Below, in pieces: positions 47,352 through 56,865 of a stretch of 64,000 bases of DNA. Both the position numbers and the translations under genes were made by a program. The DNA comes from Candidatus Methanarcanum sp. (GTDB lineage Archaea; Thermoplasmatota; Thermoplasmata; Methanomassiliicoccales; Methanomethylophilaceae), in contig JAZRYJ010000011.1 of assembly GCA_045600635.1 (NCBI GenBank), positions 18,440 to 82,439 of the forward strand, given 5' to 3'. Below the pieces are notes generated by a model that worked only from the letters and a program-made list of their open reading frames with translations, was not told where the DNA came from and did no database searches. The number at the start of each line of letters is the position of its first letter. Within the stretch, counting starts at the first letter, position 1.

Positions 47352-48656
47352 ATGAATCTCGGATTCGAAGACGAAACGACAGAATTCAAGTCAAGCATCG
47401 GGCAACTTGATAAAGGTATAATGGGTTTGACTGCAATGCTGAACAAACACAATCGTGGCACATTATATCTTGGAGTAGACAACAACGGCGATGTTATCGG
47501 CATTCAGATAGGCAAAAATACTATTGAGAAAATACGCAATCGTATTGATAGTCTTGTGCAGCCGAAATGTCTTCCGGAGATAGAAATCCTTGTAACCGAT
47601 GACGATGTCGAATACATACGCATCACATGCAGTGGCTATGCTTCCGCTTATTCATACAATGAACGCTACTACATCAGAAATGTGACTTCCAACGTTTCTA
47701 TGACTCCTGATATGCTTACAAAAATGTTACTTTCTAAAGGGACTGATGTTCCTGCGATGATAGAATCGCCGATCCAAGATCTCACTTTTTCAGCATTTAC
47801 TCGCTATATGGAGACAAAGGGGAGACATGTACGTTCAGACAAAACATACTATGAAAGTCATGGTATGATCAATAATGATAAAAAATTCAACATTTTGGCG
47901 TATCTACTGTCAGACCAAAACAATGTTCCAATGCAAGTGGTGGTCTTCGATGGAACAGATAAGAGCGTTATGTCCAAAAGAACGGACTTCGGAAGAAGAT
48001 CCATTATCATCAGCGTCGGTCTTATCCTAGATTACATTCAATCCTTTCAAACTACAAAAGTTGTGTTAACAAACGGTACAAGGAAGAATGTTGACTTATT
48101 CAATATGGAGTCTTTCAGAGAAGCATGGATCAATGCCTGTGTTCACAATGACTGGAAATCTATGATCCCGCCGTCTGTCTTCATATTTGATAACAGGATA
48201 GAGGTTCAATCATACGGATCCATCCCTTTCATGTTGTCTATGGATGAATTCTATTCAGGAAAAAGTATGCCTGTAAACAAATCACTGTTCGATATATTCA
48301 TACTTGCAGATTACTCTGAACAAAGTGGACATGGTATTCAAAAGATTGTAGAAACTTATGGTCGCCAGTCAATAATGATAGGAGACAACATCATTACCGT
48401 GACATTGCCCTTTTCTTTCACTCCAGATCGTGTCAGCTCACGTCTTAACAAATCCATATATGATGATATTCTTAATAACAATGACATCCGCACTCTTGAA
48501 TATTTGAAACATAATAGATATGCAAAAATAAAGCATATCAGCGATGCTCTTGAAATGAGTGTTCCTGCTGTCAACAAAATCATATCCAAACTGAAAAAGA
48601 ACGGTTTCTTGGTAAATGATGGAAATAACCGTCTGAACTCCTGGAGAGTAGTATGA
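47352..48656 (+). CDS. Schlafen/AlbA_2 domain + HATPase_c_4-like domain + C-terminal HTH protein
   Basis: EDETTEFKS, AMLN...GTLYLGVDNNG, FREAWINACVHND, FDNRIEV, EQSGHGI, C-terminal HTH; AT-richer than its neighbours. Confidence 0.88.
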   Translation: MNLGFEDETTEFKSSIGQLDKGIMGLTAMLNKHNRGTLYLGVDNNGDVIGIQIGKNTIEKIRNRIDSLVQPKCLPEIEILVTDDDVEYIRITCSGYASAYSYNERYYIRNVTSNVSMTPDMLTKMLLSKGTDVPAMIESPIQDLTFSAFTRYMETKGRHVRSDKTYYESHGMINNDKKFNILAYLLSDQNNVPMQVVVFDGTDKSVMSKRTDFGRRSIIISVGLILDYIQSFQTTKVVLTNGTRKNVDLFNMESFREAWINACVHNDWKSMIPPSVFIFDNRIEVQSYGSIPFMLSMDEFYSGKSMPVNKSLFDIFILADYSEQSGHGIQKIVETYGRQSIMIGDNIITVTLPFSFTPDRVSSRLNKSIYDDILNNNDIRTLEYLKHNRYAKIKHISDALEMSVPAVNKIISKLKKNGFLVNDGNNRLNSWRVV

Positions 48657-48663
48657 CAGGTCA

Positions 48664-49767
48664 TCAGAAATTCTTCTTGACGATAATGCAGACTACATCC
48701 TCATCCATGACGACGTGATCCAATCCTACGGTCTGCCCAGGGAATTTCGCACTCTTCCCCCATACCATGGCATATCTGAAATTTGAACGGAACTGTCTGT
48801 GGATCAATTCACAGACGTCACCGACGGTGTTACCTCTCTTAACGATCAGCGGAATGTCCATATCCGCCTCCTGGCCCTGTGGTTTCAGATAGATACGGAT
48901 CATATCTATCGTGTCATACAGGCCCTGTTTGACCTCATCCATCCCCAATCCTGTTGCCGCAGAACACGGGAAACATTTGTACTCCTTGTTCTTCTCCAGT
49001 GCCTTATCCAATTCATCATGCTGAACTATATCGACCTTATTGATGGCCATGATGGCTTTGATGTACACACGGTTGCCCGCAAGAACATCCAGCATCTGTT
49101 CCACATTGATGTCTTCACGTACAACGACAGTGGCGTTGACATAACCGTATGCAGATGTCATCTCTTTGATCGTGTCGACATCGATCTTTGTGAGTTTCAA
49201 TGTCGGTTTGACAAGGATTCCTCCTGAATCCCCGCCGGTTATCGTCACATCGGGTCTGCGCTGATTCAGACGGATCGCGGCATTGTACAATTCATTGTAA
49301 AGCACCGAGATGTCGGGATTGAAAACATCCACCACCAGAAGGATCACATCGGCCGATCTTGCCGCTGCGATGACCTCTCTTCCTCTCCCTTTCCCTCTGG
49401 AAGCATCTTTGATAAGACCGGGCATATCCAGTATCTGGATTTTAGCATGATTGTATTCCATAACACCGGGAACGACGTCCAATGTTGTGAAATGATAAGC
49501 ACCTACTTCCGACTTCGCACCTGTCAATTGATTCAACAGAGTTGATTTACCGACGCTGGGAAAGCCCACCAATGCAACAGTGGCATTACCTGCCTTCTTG
49601 ACATAGAATCCTTTTGTGTTACCCTTGGCCGATTTCCTTTTCTCATCTTCGATAGAGAGTCTGGCGATCTTTGCCTTCAGTTTTCCGATGTGAGCTTCTG
49701 TGGCCTTGTTCTTCTTGGTCTTTGAGATCTCATCCTCAAGTTCCTTGATTTGATCCTCTATCGTCAC
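48664..49767 (-). CDS. DRG/Rbg-family OBG-like GTPase with TGS domain
   Basis: KNKATEAH, GFPSVGKST, YHFTT, LDMPG, NKVD, WGKSAKFPGQTVGLDH. Confidence 0.95.
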   Translation of the reverse strand: MTIEDQIKELEDEISKTKKNKATEAHIGKLKAKIARLSIEDEKRKSAKGNTKGFYVKKAGNATVALVGFPSVGKSTLLNQLTGAKSEVGAYHFTTLDVVPGVMEYNHAKIQILDMPGLIKDASRGKGRGREVIAAARSADVILLVVDVFNPDISVLYNELYNAAIRLNQRRPDVTITGGDSGGILVKPTLKLTKIDVDTIKEMTSAYGYVNATVVVREDINVEQMLDVLAGNRVYIKAIMAINKVDIVQHDELDKALEKNKEYKCFPCSAATGLGMDEVKQGLYDTIDMIRIYLKPQGQEADMDIPLIVKRGNTVGDVCELIHRQFRSNFRYAMVWGKSAKFPGQTVGLDHVVMDEDVVCIIVKKNF

Positions 49768-49843
49768 AGAAAACCCTCATTCTGATGATATGTAAGCAGT
49801 ATTTAGGCTCTTGCTGTATTGACAACACAACTGGATGGGGAGT

Positions 49844-51613
49844 TCAGTTCTTGGCTTCCCTCTTCTTCCTGTCTATTTCTTCGACTTCGGTGTATGCGAT
49901 CTTTCCGACCTTGGTCATCGGCATCTCATCAAGGAAATCGAATAATTTGGGAACAGCATACCCTGCGATGTATTCCTTGCAATGTGCTTTCAGGCCTTCC
50001 AGGAATTTTTCATCGCCGACTACACCGTCCTCAAGGACAAGATAGACTTTGACCCTTTCCTGTCTTATCGGATCCGGGACTCCGATAGCGCATGACGATT
50101 TCACACCAGGATACTTGTTGATCGCATCCTCGATCTGAGAAGGATAAATATTGTATCCTGAACTTATGATGATCCTCTTATATCTCTGTTTGAAGTAGAT
50201 GAAACCATCAGCATCCATGTATCCTGCATCTCCGGTGTGGAGCCATGTCCTTCCATCATCATGCACCTGAAGTGCCTTCTTGGTCTCCTCTTCGTCACCC
50301 ACGTATCCGATCATAATATCAGGTCCGGTGATGCATATCTCTCCGATCTCACCATACGGCAATTCATTATGGGTTCCGCGTTCAACGATTTTATACAAGA
50401 TGTCTGGGAGAGGGACACCGATACTGCCCTCACGGAATTCATTAATAGGTGTAAGACATGATACAGTTACACATTCCGTGAGTCCGTATCCCTCTCTGAT
50501 CATCGTCTTTCCATTATGTGTCTTCATGAACTCATTGAATTTCCTTCTGGTCTCCGTAGGGAGAGAATCTCCGCCTGAAAACACACCCTCCAGGGATGAC
50601 ATGTCCGCATTCTTCATGATATCCAGACTTATCATCTTCTCGAACAGCGTCGGAACCCCGGCGATGTAGTTCGGTTTCTTCTTCATGATCAGCTTAGCAT
50701 ATGACTCGGGAGTAAAATTTGGTACAAGAACACACGTTCCTCCGAGTGTAAGGAACGAATGTATCCCGACACCGAGTCCGAAGCCATGGAACAACGGCAT
50801 CACTGACAGAACGATGTATTGCCTCTTGTTCAATATCTCTATTGATTTGTCAGTGTACATATCCTCGACAGGCATAGGCAGACAGCTGCTGGCACCGATG
50901 GTGCCCATAGCTGTCGCATTGACATTCAGATTCGAAAGTAACATCCCTTTGGACTTTCCTGTTGTTCCTCCGCTGTAGAGGATCACTGCGGGATCTTTTC
51001 CTACGTTCTCAACCACTTCAATATTGTCATCATCGGTCAGTTTCAGGAATTCTTTCCACATTATGATGCAGTCATCCTTCGGAACCGGTGGGATCTTCCT
51101 GCCGAGTGTCAATGCGAATCCAATCTTCATTATCGGGCCCAGTTCATTCTTGATCGATGTGATGATCAATTTCTCCAACGGAGTCTCGTCTTTGACTTCA
51201 AGGAATTTCTTACAGAAAGCATCAAGGGTGAGTGCTATCTTGGAGCCGCTGTTCTCGATATAGTGTTTTATCTCATTCTTGGCCGACAATGGGTGAATCA
51301 TGACAGACACTGCGCCGAGTTTTGAAATTGCGTAGAACATATCCACTGCCTGAGGTGAATTAGGCATGCAGACCAGTACTTTGTCTCCTTTCTTCACTCC
51401 CATCTTCTGAAGGCAGGCCGCTATATGATCGACCTTACTGATAAATCTGGAATATTTCGTGCTCTTTCCTTGGAATTCGTATGCAATCACATTCGGATGT
51501 CTAACAGCAGCACGTCTGACAAATTCATAAAGCGAAATGTCAGGATAATTGATCGTACCATTGGGGCAATGCCAATCGTAATATTTCAGCCATGGTCTTT
51601 CTGTTTTTTCCAT
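49844..51613 (-). CDS. AMP-forming acyl-CoA synthetase (long-chain fatty-acid-CoA ligase-like)
   Basis: YSGGTTGKSKG, EGYGLTE, WLHTGD, SGYNIYPSQIE, A10 Lys in TKVGKI. Confidence 0.93.
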   Translation of the reverse strand: MEKTERPWLKYYDWHCPNGTINYPDISLYEFVRRAAVRHPNVIAYEFQGKSTKYSRFISKVDHIAACLQKMGVKKGDKVLVCMPNSPQAVDMFYAISKLGAVSVMIHPLSAKNEIKHYIENSGSKIALTLDAFCKKFLEVKDETPLEKLIITSIKNELGPIMKIGFALTLGRKIPPVPKDDCIIMWKEFLKLTDDDNIEVVENVGKDPAVILYSGGTTGKSKGMLLSNLNVNATAMGTIGASSCLPMPVEDMYTDKSIEILNKRQYIVLSVMPLFHGFGLGVGIHSFLTLGGTCVLVPNFTPESYAKLIMKKKPNYIAGVPTLFEKMISLDIMKNADMSSLEGVFSGGDSLPTETRRKFNEFMKTHNGKTMIREGYGLTECVTVSCLTPINEFREGSIGVPLPDILYKIVERGTHNELPYGEIGEICITGPDIMIGYVGDEEETKKALQVHDDGRTWLHTGDAGYMDADGFIYFKQRYKRIIISSGYNIYPSQIEDAINKYPGVKSSCAIGVPDPIRQERVKVYLVLEDGVVGDEKFLEGLKAHCKEYIAGYAVPKLFDFLDEMPMTKVGKIAYTEVEEIDRKKREAKN

Positions 51614-51744
51614 CCCATCACCGTCGAACGAGTAATGTTAGTACTTCCGTTATATAAGGGATATCCTACATATTTCCTAGATAACCGAAATACAAACGTC
51701 ACCATTCGGTCACAATTTAATAGAACGATGCTGATTAAGACATC

Positions 51745-52686
51745 ATGAGCGGTAAAGTGAGTTTTCTCGGAAGAGATGTCGTCTCAATGAATGATTTTTC
51801 AAGAAAGGATGTAGAATACATTCTGGACCTTGCAGAGAAAATGATCCCGTATGCAAAGGGCGAGAAAACGAATCACAGCCTTCAGGGAAAGATATTGGCC
51901 AACCTGTTCTTCGAACCGTCGACAAGAACAAGAATGTCCTTTGAAAGTGCCGCTCTGAGACTCGGCATAGATGTCATGGACGTCTCCCAGATGTCCGCAA
52001 CATCAATCGCCAAGGGAGAGTCCCTCTCTGATACAATGCACATCATCGACACATATTGTGATGCGATCGTACTGAGACATCCGCACGAAGGAGCGGCAAG
52101 ACTTGCGGCCAATGTCGCTGATAAGCCTGTCATCAATGCAGGCGATGGCGCCGGATCACACCCGACACAGACACTTCTGGATCTGTTCACAATGAGAAGA
52201 TCTAAAGGAACACTCGATGGTCTGAATATCGCTCTCATCGGGGACCTGAAATACGGAAGAACAGTACACTCACTTTCCAATGCGCTGACGATGTTCGGTG
52301 CTAAACTCACATTCGTGGCACCTGAATCACTCCAGATGCCTGACTACATCATAGATTCGCTCAAATCGAAGAACTGCGATCCAGTGAAAACCGACAGACT
52401 TAACGATGTCATCGAAAATGCGGATGTACTTTATGTCACAAGAATTCAAAAGGAGAGATTCCCTGACCCGACTGAATACGAAAAAGTCGCAGGAACATAC
52501 AGGATCGACAATGAGATATTGGGACAGGCGAAGAAAGATCTCATCGTAATGCATCCTCTTCCCAGAGTGGATGAGATTTCTCCTGAGGTCGACAGTACTC
52601 CGCATGCGAAATATTTCGAACAAGCATTCAACGGGATACCGATCAGAATGGCCCTGCTCTTCTCCATACTCGGAGGTGAGATGTGA
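51745..52686 (+). CDS. pyrB: Aspartate carbamoyltransferase, catalytic subunit
   Basis: FFEPSTRTRMSF, NAGDG..HPTQ, TRIQKER, MHPLPR. Confidence 0.98.
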   Translation: MSGKVSFLGRDVVSMNDFSRKDVEYILDLAEKMIPYAKGEKTNHSLQGKILANLFFEPSTRTRMSFESAALRLGIDVMDVSQMSATSIAKGESLSDTMHIIDTYCDAIVLRHPHEGAARLAANVADKPVINAGDGAGSHPTQTLLDLFTMRRSKGTLDGLNIALIGDLKYGRTVHSLSNALTMFGAKLTFVAPESLQMPDYIIDSLKSKNCDPVKTDRLNDVIENADVLYVTRIQKERFPDPTEYEKVAGTYRIDNEILGQAKKDLIVMHPLPRVDEISPEVDSTPHAKYFEQAFNGIPIRMALLFSILGGEM

Positions 52687-53156
52687 TGACTGATGACGAG
52701 AGCAAAGTAGCACGTATAAGGAACGGTACTGTCATTGATCATGTAGAACCCGGGCAGGCTCTGAATGTCTTGAAGATACTGGGTGTCAATGCGAATAATG
52801 TAGGATCCACAATCATTGTGGCGATGCATGTCTTCTCTAAGAAATCCAAATCCGGATGGAAGGACATAGTGAAGATTGAGGATCGTGAACTCGATGAAAC
52901 AACAGTCAACAAGATTGCATTGATCTCTCCGAATGCCTCCATCGTCATCATCAGGGACTACTATGTCGCTGAGAAATACAAGGTCGACATCGGCAAACAT
53001 GTTATAGGCATCGCCAGATGCAGCAATCCGAACTGCATAACCAACATGGGAGAACCTGTCGAACCTGAGTTCAATGTCGTTTCAAAGAACCCTCCTGTTC
53101 TGAAATGCATCTATTGTGAGAGGAACCTCACGAACATCTCAGATAATCTGCTGTGA
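52683..53156 (+). CDS. pyrI: Aspartate carbamoyltransferase, regulatory subunit
   Basis: IRNGTVIDH, KDIVKIE, CSNPNCIT, CIYC. Confidence 0.97.
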   Translation: MMTDDESKVARIRNGTVIDHVEPGQALNVLKILGVNANNVGSTIIVAMHVFSKKSKSGWKDIVKIEDRELDETTVNKIALISPNASIVIIRDYYVAEKYKVDIGKHVIGIARCSNPNCITNMGEPVEPEFNVVSKNPPVLKCIYCERNLTNISDNLL

Positions 53157-53157
53157 T

Positions 53158-53694
53158 ATGATGAAACTGATCATCACTGCTGGGATGCCGGGTGCGGGCA
53201 AAGAAGAATTCCTCATCGCAGCCAGCGACTCAGGCATACCTTTTGTAAGAATGGGGGACATCGTGAGAGAATTCTACGCTAAACGTGATTCCAGAGACAC
53301 TGATCTCTCAACGGGTCAATTCGCCAACATTGAAAGAGAACGTCACGGTTTCGATATATGGGCGAAACGTGCCGTGGAAAAGATGTACGGTGACATCTTC
53401 ATGGTCGACGGATGCAGAAGCATGGATGAAGTGAAAGCTTACCTGAATATCACACCGGATGTTCATGTCATAGGAATATACGCATCCCCCAAGACCAGAT
53501 ATCGGAGATTGGTGGAGCGTGCACGCGAGGATGCTCCGAAGAATATCGATGAATTCAACGAACGCGACAACAGGGAGATCTCATGGGGCCTCGCGAACAC
53601 TATAGCGTTAGCTGACCGCATGATCGTCAACGAATCCTCCCTTGAAGAATTCAAAAAGGCTGTCGTTTCGATAATGGAGGAATTCCGCAGATGA
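53158..53694 (+). CDS. Archaeal UPF0200 nucleotide kinase (dephospho-CoA kinase-like)
   Basis: ITAGMPGAGK, MGDIVRE, VDGCRS..E, RYRRL..R.R.D, ERDNRE..WG. Confidence 0.85.
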   Translation: MMKLIITAGMPGAGKEEFLIAASDSGIPFVRMGDIVREFYAKRDSRDTDLSTGQFANIERERHGFDIWAKRAVEKMYGDIFMVDGCRSMDEVKAYLNITPDVHVIGIYASPKTRYRRLVERAREDAPKNIDEFNERDNREISWGLANTIALADRMIVNESSLEEFKKAVVSIMEEFRR

Positions 53695-53957
53695 GATTCA
53701 ATGTCACAAGATTGTGCGGCGGAAAGGCCCTGATGGCAGCACCCTCTGAGATTATGGATATCGATCTTGACAAAGCATCTGATGTCCTGAAAGATGAATT
53801 CACTATCAAAAGAAATGAAAGCGGAATGATGCTCATAATGGAATGGAAAGAGATGGAAGTTACACTTTATCCCCAGGGCAAGGTAATGTTCCATCCGCTC
53901 TCAGACAGGGATCAGGCCGTTGAATACGCCACAATGATCCTGAACAGATTAAAATGA
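53691..53957 (+). CDS. Small hypothetical protein with an LCGG motif; paralog of 10872-11189
   Basis: ATGA overlap with the upstream kinase; aligns by eye with 10872-11189. Confidence 0.78.
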   Translation: MRFNVTRLCGGKALMAAPSEIMDIDLDKASDVLKDEFTIKRNESGMMLIMEWKEMEVTLYPQGKVMFHPLSDRDQAVEYATMILNRLK

Positions 53958-54791
53958 TCACTTCGAATCATTCAATCTCTTATTGATGCTGCCGGCAACC
54001 TCATTCGGCATGAGCATTGTCGTGACCTTTATGAACGGATGTTTCGAACCTTCGATGATATTCACATCATCCAATGTTCTCAACCCCCATCTCTCCGCGG
54101 TCCTTTCCAATCCAATAGAGACGTCCAGATCGTTGGGCTGCAATACGATGGCTTTGCATTTCTCCAATCCCATCTGATATGCTGCCATTGCTCTGTGGTG
54201 GCCATCTACGATAAGATATCCTCCGCGTCTCTCTACAACGATAAGCGGCTCGGTAAGGCCTTTTCTTATCTCATACTGTCTTCCGATCAGCTCATCCATA
54301 TACACATCCTTCTGTGACGGCCTGAGTTCCTTCACTGGAATGTCCATATTCACAACTTTGATTCTCAGTTCATTCTGTGTCTCCAAAAATGATTTGACGG
54401 ACTGTACTTTGGACGGTCTGCTCTTTTCAATCTGTGAACGTACGATATCGATGTTAGATATTATCCCGACAAGTCTCTTATTCTCATCAACGACAGGGAG
54501 ATTTCTCAGCCCGTATCTGAAAAGAACACGGGTCGCATCGCTGATCTTCATGGAGGGGATGACGCATACTGTTCCACGTTTCATGACCTGACGCATTGTC
54601 GCATCCGGTTTGTCTGTGTATCTCAGAAGATCCTTCGCAGTGACGAATCCCAAAAGGTATCCGTTCTCCGCTATGGGAAAACCATGGAAATTGGAGCCGA
54701 TCATTTTATTGATCGCTTCTCTCACTGTCATCTCCGGCGTGATGTATTTCACATCCCTTACCATGTAATCAGCTACTGTCTCCTCTGCCAT
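53958..54791 (-). CDS. CBS-pair + ParB/sulfiredoxin-domain protein
   Basis: Two CBS repeats (GFPIAE..LLGFVT; LPVVDE..LVGIIS) followed by LRPSQ, PLIV, IVDGHHR. Confidence 0.9.
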   Translation of the reverse strand: MAEETVADYMVRDVKYITPEMTVREAINKMIGSNFHGFPIAENGYLLGFVTAKDLLRYTDKPDATMRQVMKRGTVCVIPSMKISDATRVLFRYGLRNLPVVDENKRLVGIISNIDIVRSQIEKSRPSKVQSVKSFLETQNELRIKVVNMDIPVKELRPSQKDVYMDELIGRQYEIRKGLTEPLIVVERRGGYLIVDGHHRAMAAYQMGLEKCKAIVLQPNDLDVSIGLERTAERWGLRTLDDVNIIEGSKHPFIKVTTMLMPNEVAGSINKRLNDSK

Positions 54792-54895
54792 TGTTACCTC
54801 ATCACAATGACGGCCTTATAAGATTTGCCTGGCATAGATATTTTTCAATCGGTAAGTGTTAAATACCGATTCTATATTGTCATCAATACCACCAC

Positions 54896-54968
54896 GCCCC
54901 GGTAGTGTAGTGGCCCATCATGAAGCCCTGTCGAGGCTTCGACACGGATTCGAATTCCGTCCGGGGCG
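54896..54968 (+). tRNA. tRNA-Asp (GTC), CCA not encoded
   Basis: Acceptor GCCCCGG/CCGGGGC + G73; anticodon stem AAGCC/GGCTT with loop CTGTCGA; T arm ACGGA-TTCGAAT-TCCGT. Confidence 0.96.
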
Positions 54969-55056
54969 CTCATCATTTTGATCAGATAACAGACTGCGTT
55001 CTCGGTTTGCATCAACCGTTACACATCGCACAACTTCTTTGAAATCTGCACAGAAT

Positions 55057-55857
55057 TCATTCATCTGAACTTGTATATGAGTTGTGAAGGATTACGGTAT
55101 TTCTGCCGGTCTTCTGATCATACTGCAATTCAGCGTCGATGTTGAACACAATTTCCATATTTTCCGGAGTGAGAACCTCTTCAGGCGTACCGATGGCATG
55201 TATTTTATGATCATGGATCATCAGTATCCTGTCACAATATCTGGCGACCATCGGAAGATCATGCGACACTATCACAACGGTCAATCCGTTCTTTTTAGCT
55301 AATCTGCTTACGAGATTCAATGCATCGAACTGCATACTGATATCGAGATGTAATGTAGGTTCATCCATCAATATGATCTCGGGCGTCTGAGCGATAGCTC
55401 TGGCGATAATAACACGCTGACGCTCTCCTCCGCTCATGGTATTGATATGACGATCCGCAAGTCTCTCCAATCCTGTCTGTTTCAAGGCATCATCGATTAT
55501 CTTCTCATCCTCTCTGGATTCACCTGACATCATCCCTTGGAACGGCATACGTCCCATGGCCACGACCTCTCTCACTGTGAATGCGAATTTTATCTCATTC
55601 GTCTGAGGTACTACGGCGATCTTCTTCGCTATGTCTTTCTTTATGATATCCTCAAGATTCATGTCCTCGAGCATTATGCATCCCGAATTCGGTGACAGAT
55701 TCTTATTGAGATTCTTCAGCAAAGTGGATTTTCCGCATCCGTTCGGACCGAGTATTCCCAGGATCTCCCCTTTATTGACCTCGAAGGATATTTCATCCAA
55801 TACGTTGTATTTCTCATACTGGAATGAGATATCATCAATCTTCAATATCAATTCCAT
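55057..55857 (-). CDS. FecE/BtuD-type ABC ATPase
   Basis: GPNGCGKST, MSGGERQR, LMDEPT. Confidence 0.95.
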   Translation of the reverse strand: MELILKIDDISFQYEKYNVLDEISFEVNKGEILGILGPNGCGKSTLLKNLNKNLSPNSGCIMLEDMNLEDIIKKDIAKKIAVVPQTNEIKFAFTVREVVAMGRMPFQGMMSGESREDEKIIDDALKQTGLERLADRHINTMSGGERQRVIIARAIAQTPEIILMDEPTLHLDISMQFDALNLVSRLAKKNGLTVVIVSHDLPMVARYCDRILMIHDHKIHAIGTPEEVLTPENMEIVFNIDAELQYDQKTGRNTVILHNSYTSSDE

Positions 55858-56864
55858 CCAACCTCCTTCTTTCTTCTTATCAACAATATTATGAACACAG
55901 GCGCTCCGATCAATGCTGTTATCACTCCGATCGGAAGGACACCGTATTGCGGTGCGACAACACGTGCGAGGAAATCACACACTACAACGAAGACCCCGCC
56001 ACCTATGATACTCATCGGCATGATTATGCGATTATCCGGGCCCAAAATTATCCTCAGTATGTGCGGAATCACCAGACCTACAAATCCTATCACTCCGACA
56101 AAAGATACAGCGGATGCAGTGATCACAGTCGACAGTATCAGAACGATCAACCTTGTGTTCCTCACATTCACACCGAGGTCCATCGCATGAATGTCGCCTA
56201 ACATCATCGCATTCAATGATTTTGCCTGCATCATCAGCAATATCGATGAAACAAGGATCACGGGTGCTACGAACAATATCTCACCCCATGATGCGTTGGA
56301 CAGATTGCCCATCGTCCAGAATACGATACCTTCTAACTTATCGCCCGCAATGAATGTGAGGAACGATACCAACGCTGACAGCAAGGATGTCACTGCTACA
56401 CCCGACAGGATTAGTGTTTCATTCCTTACAGAACCTCCGACACGCGACATCGTGTATACCAATGCCATAGTTGCGAAACAGGTGATGAATGCCAACAGCG
56501 GCGTGACGATGAATGCCGGGATGAATGATATCACCACAAGCATACTGATGGCCGCACCGAGCGATGCACCGGATGATAATCCCAGGATATACGGTGATGC
56601 CAATGGATTCCTGAACAGCGCCTGCATAGATGAACCTGCAACAGCGAGTCCCATCCCTATCAACAATCCGATGACCACTCTCGGAAGGTTGGTATCCACA
56701 ATTATGATTTGCGAGCCCCATGTTCCCCTTCCGAACAGAGTACTGATGACCTCATCGAAGGAATACATCTTCGATGAGGATACCCATGCCAGATCCAGAA
56801 ATGCAAAAATAATGAATATCGCAACAAGTGCAACAAGAGCGAATATCAGATTCTTTCTCTTCAA
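55848..56864 (-). CDS. FecCD/BtuC-type ABC permease
   Basis: MQALFRNPLASPYILGLSSGA, GVIGFVGLVIPH, PIGVITALIGAP. Confidence 0.95.
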   Translation of the reverse strand: MKRKNLIFALVALVAIFIIFAFLDLAWVSSSKMYSFDEVISTLFGRGTWGSQIIIVDTNLPRVVIGLLIGMGLAVAGSSMQALFRNPLASPYILGLSSGASLGAAISMLVVISFIPAFIVTPLLAFITCFATMALVYTMSRVGGSVRNETLILSGVAVTSLLSALVSFLTFIAGDKLEGIVFWTMGNLSNASWGEILFVAPVILVSSILLMMQAKSLNAMMLGDIHAMDLGVNVRNTRLIVLILSTVITASAVSFVGVIGFVGLVIPHILRIILGPDNRIIMPMSIIGGGVFVVVCDFLARVVAPQYGVLPIGVITALIGAPVFIILLIRRKKEVGWN

Positions 56865-56865
56865 C

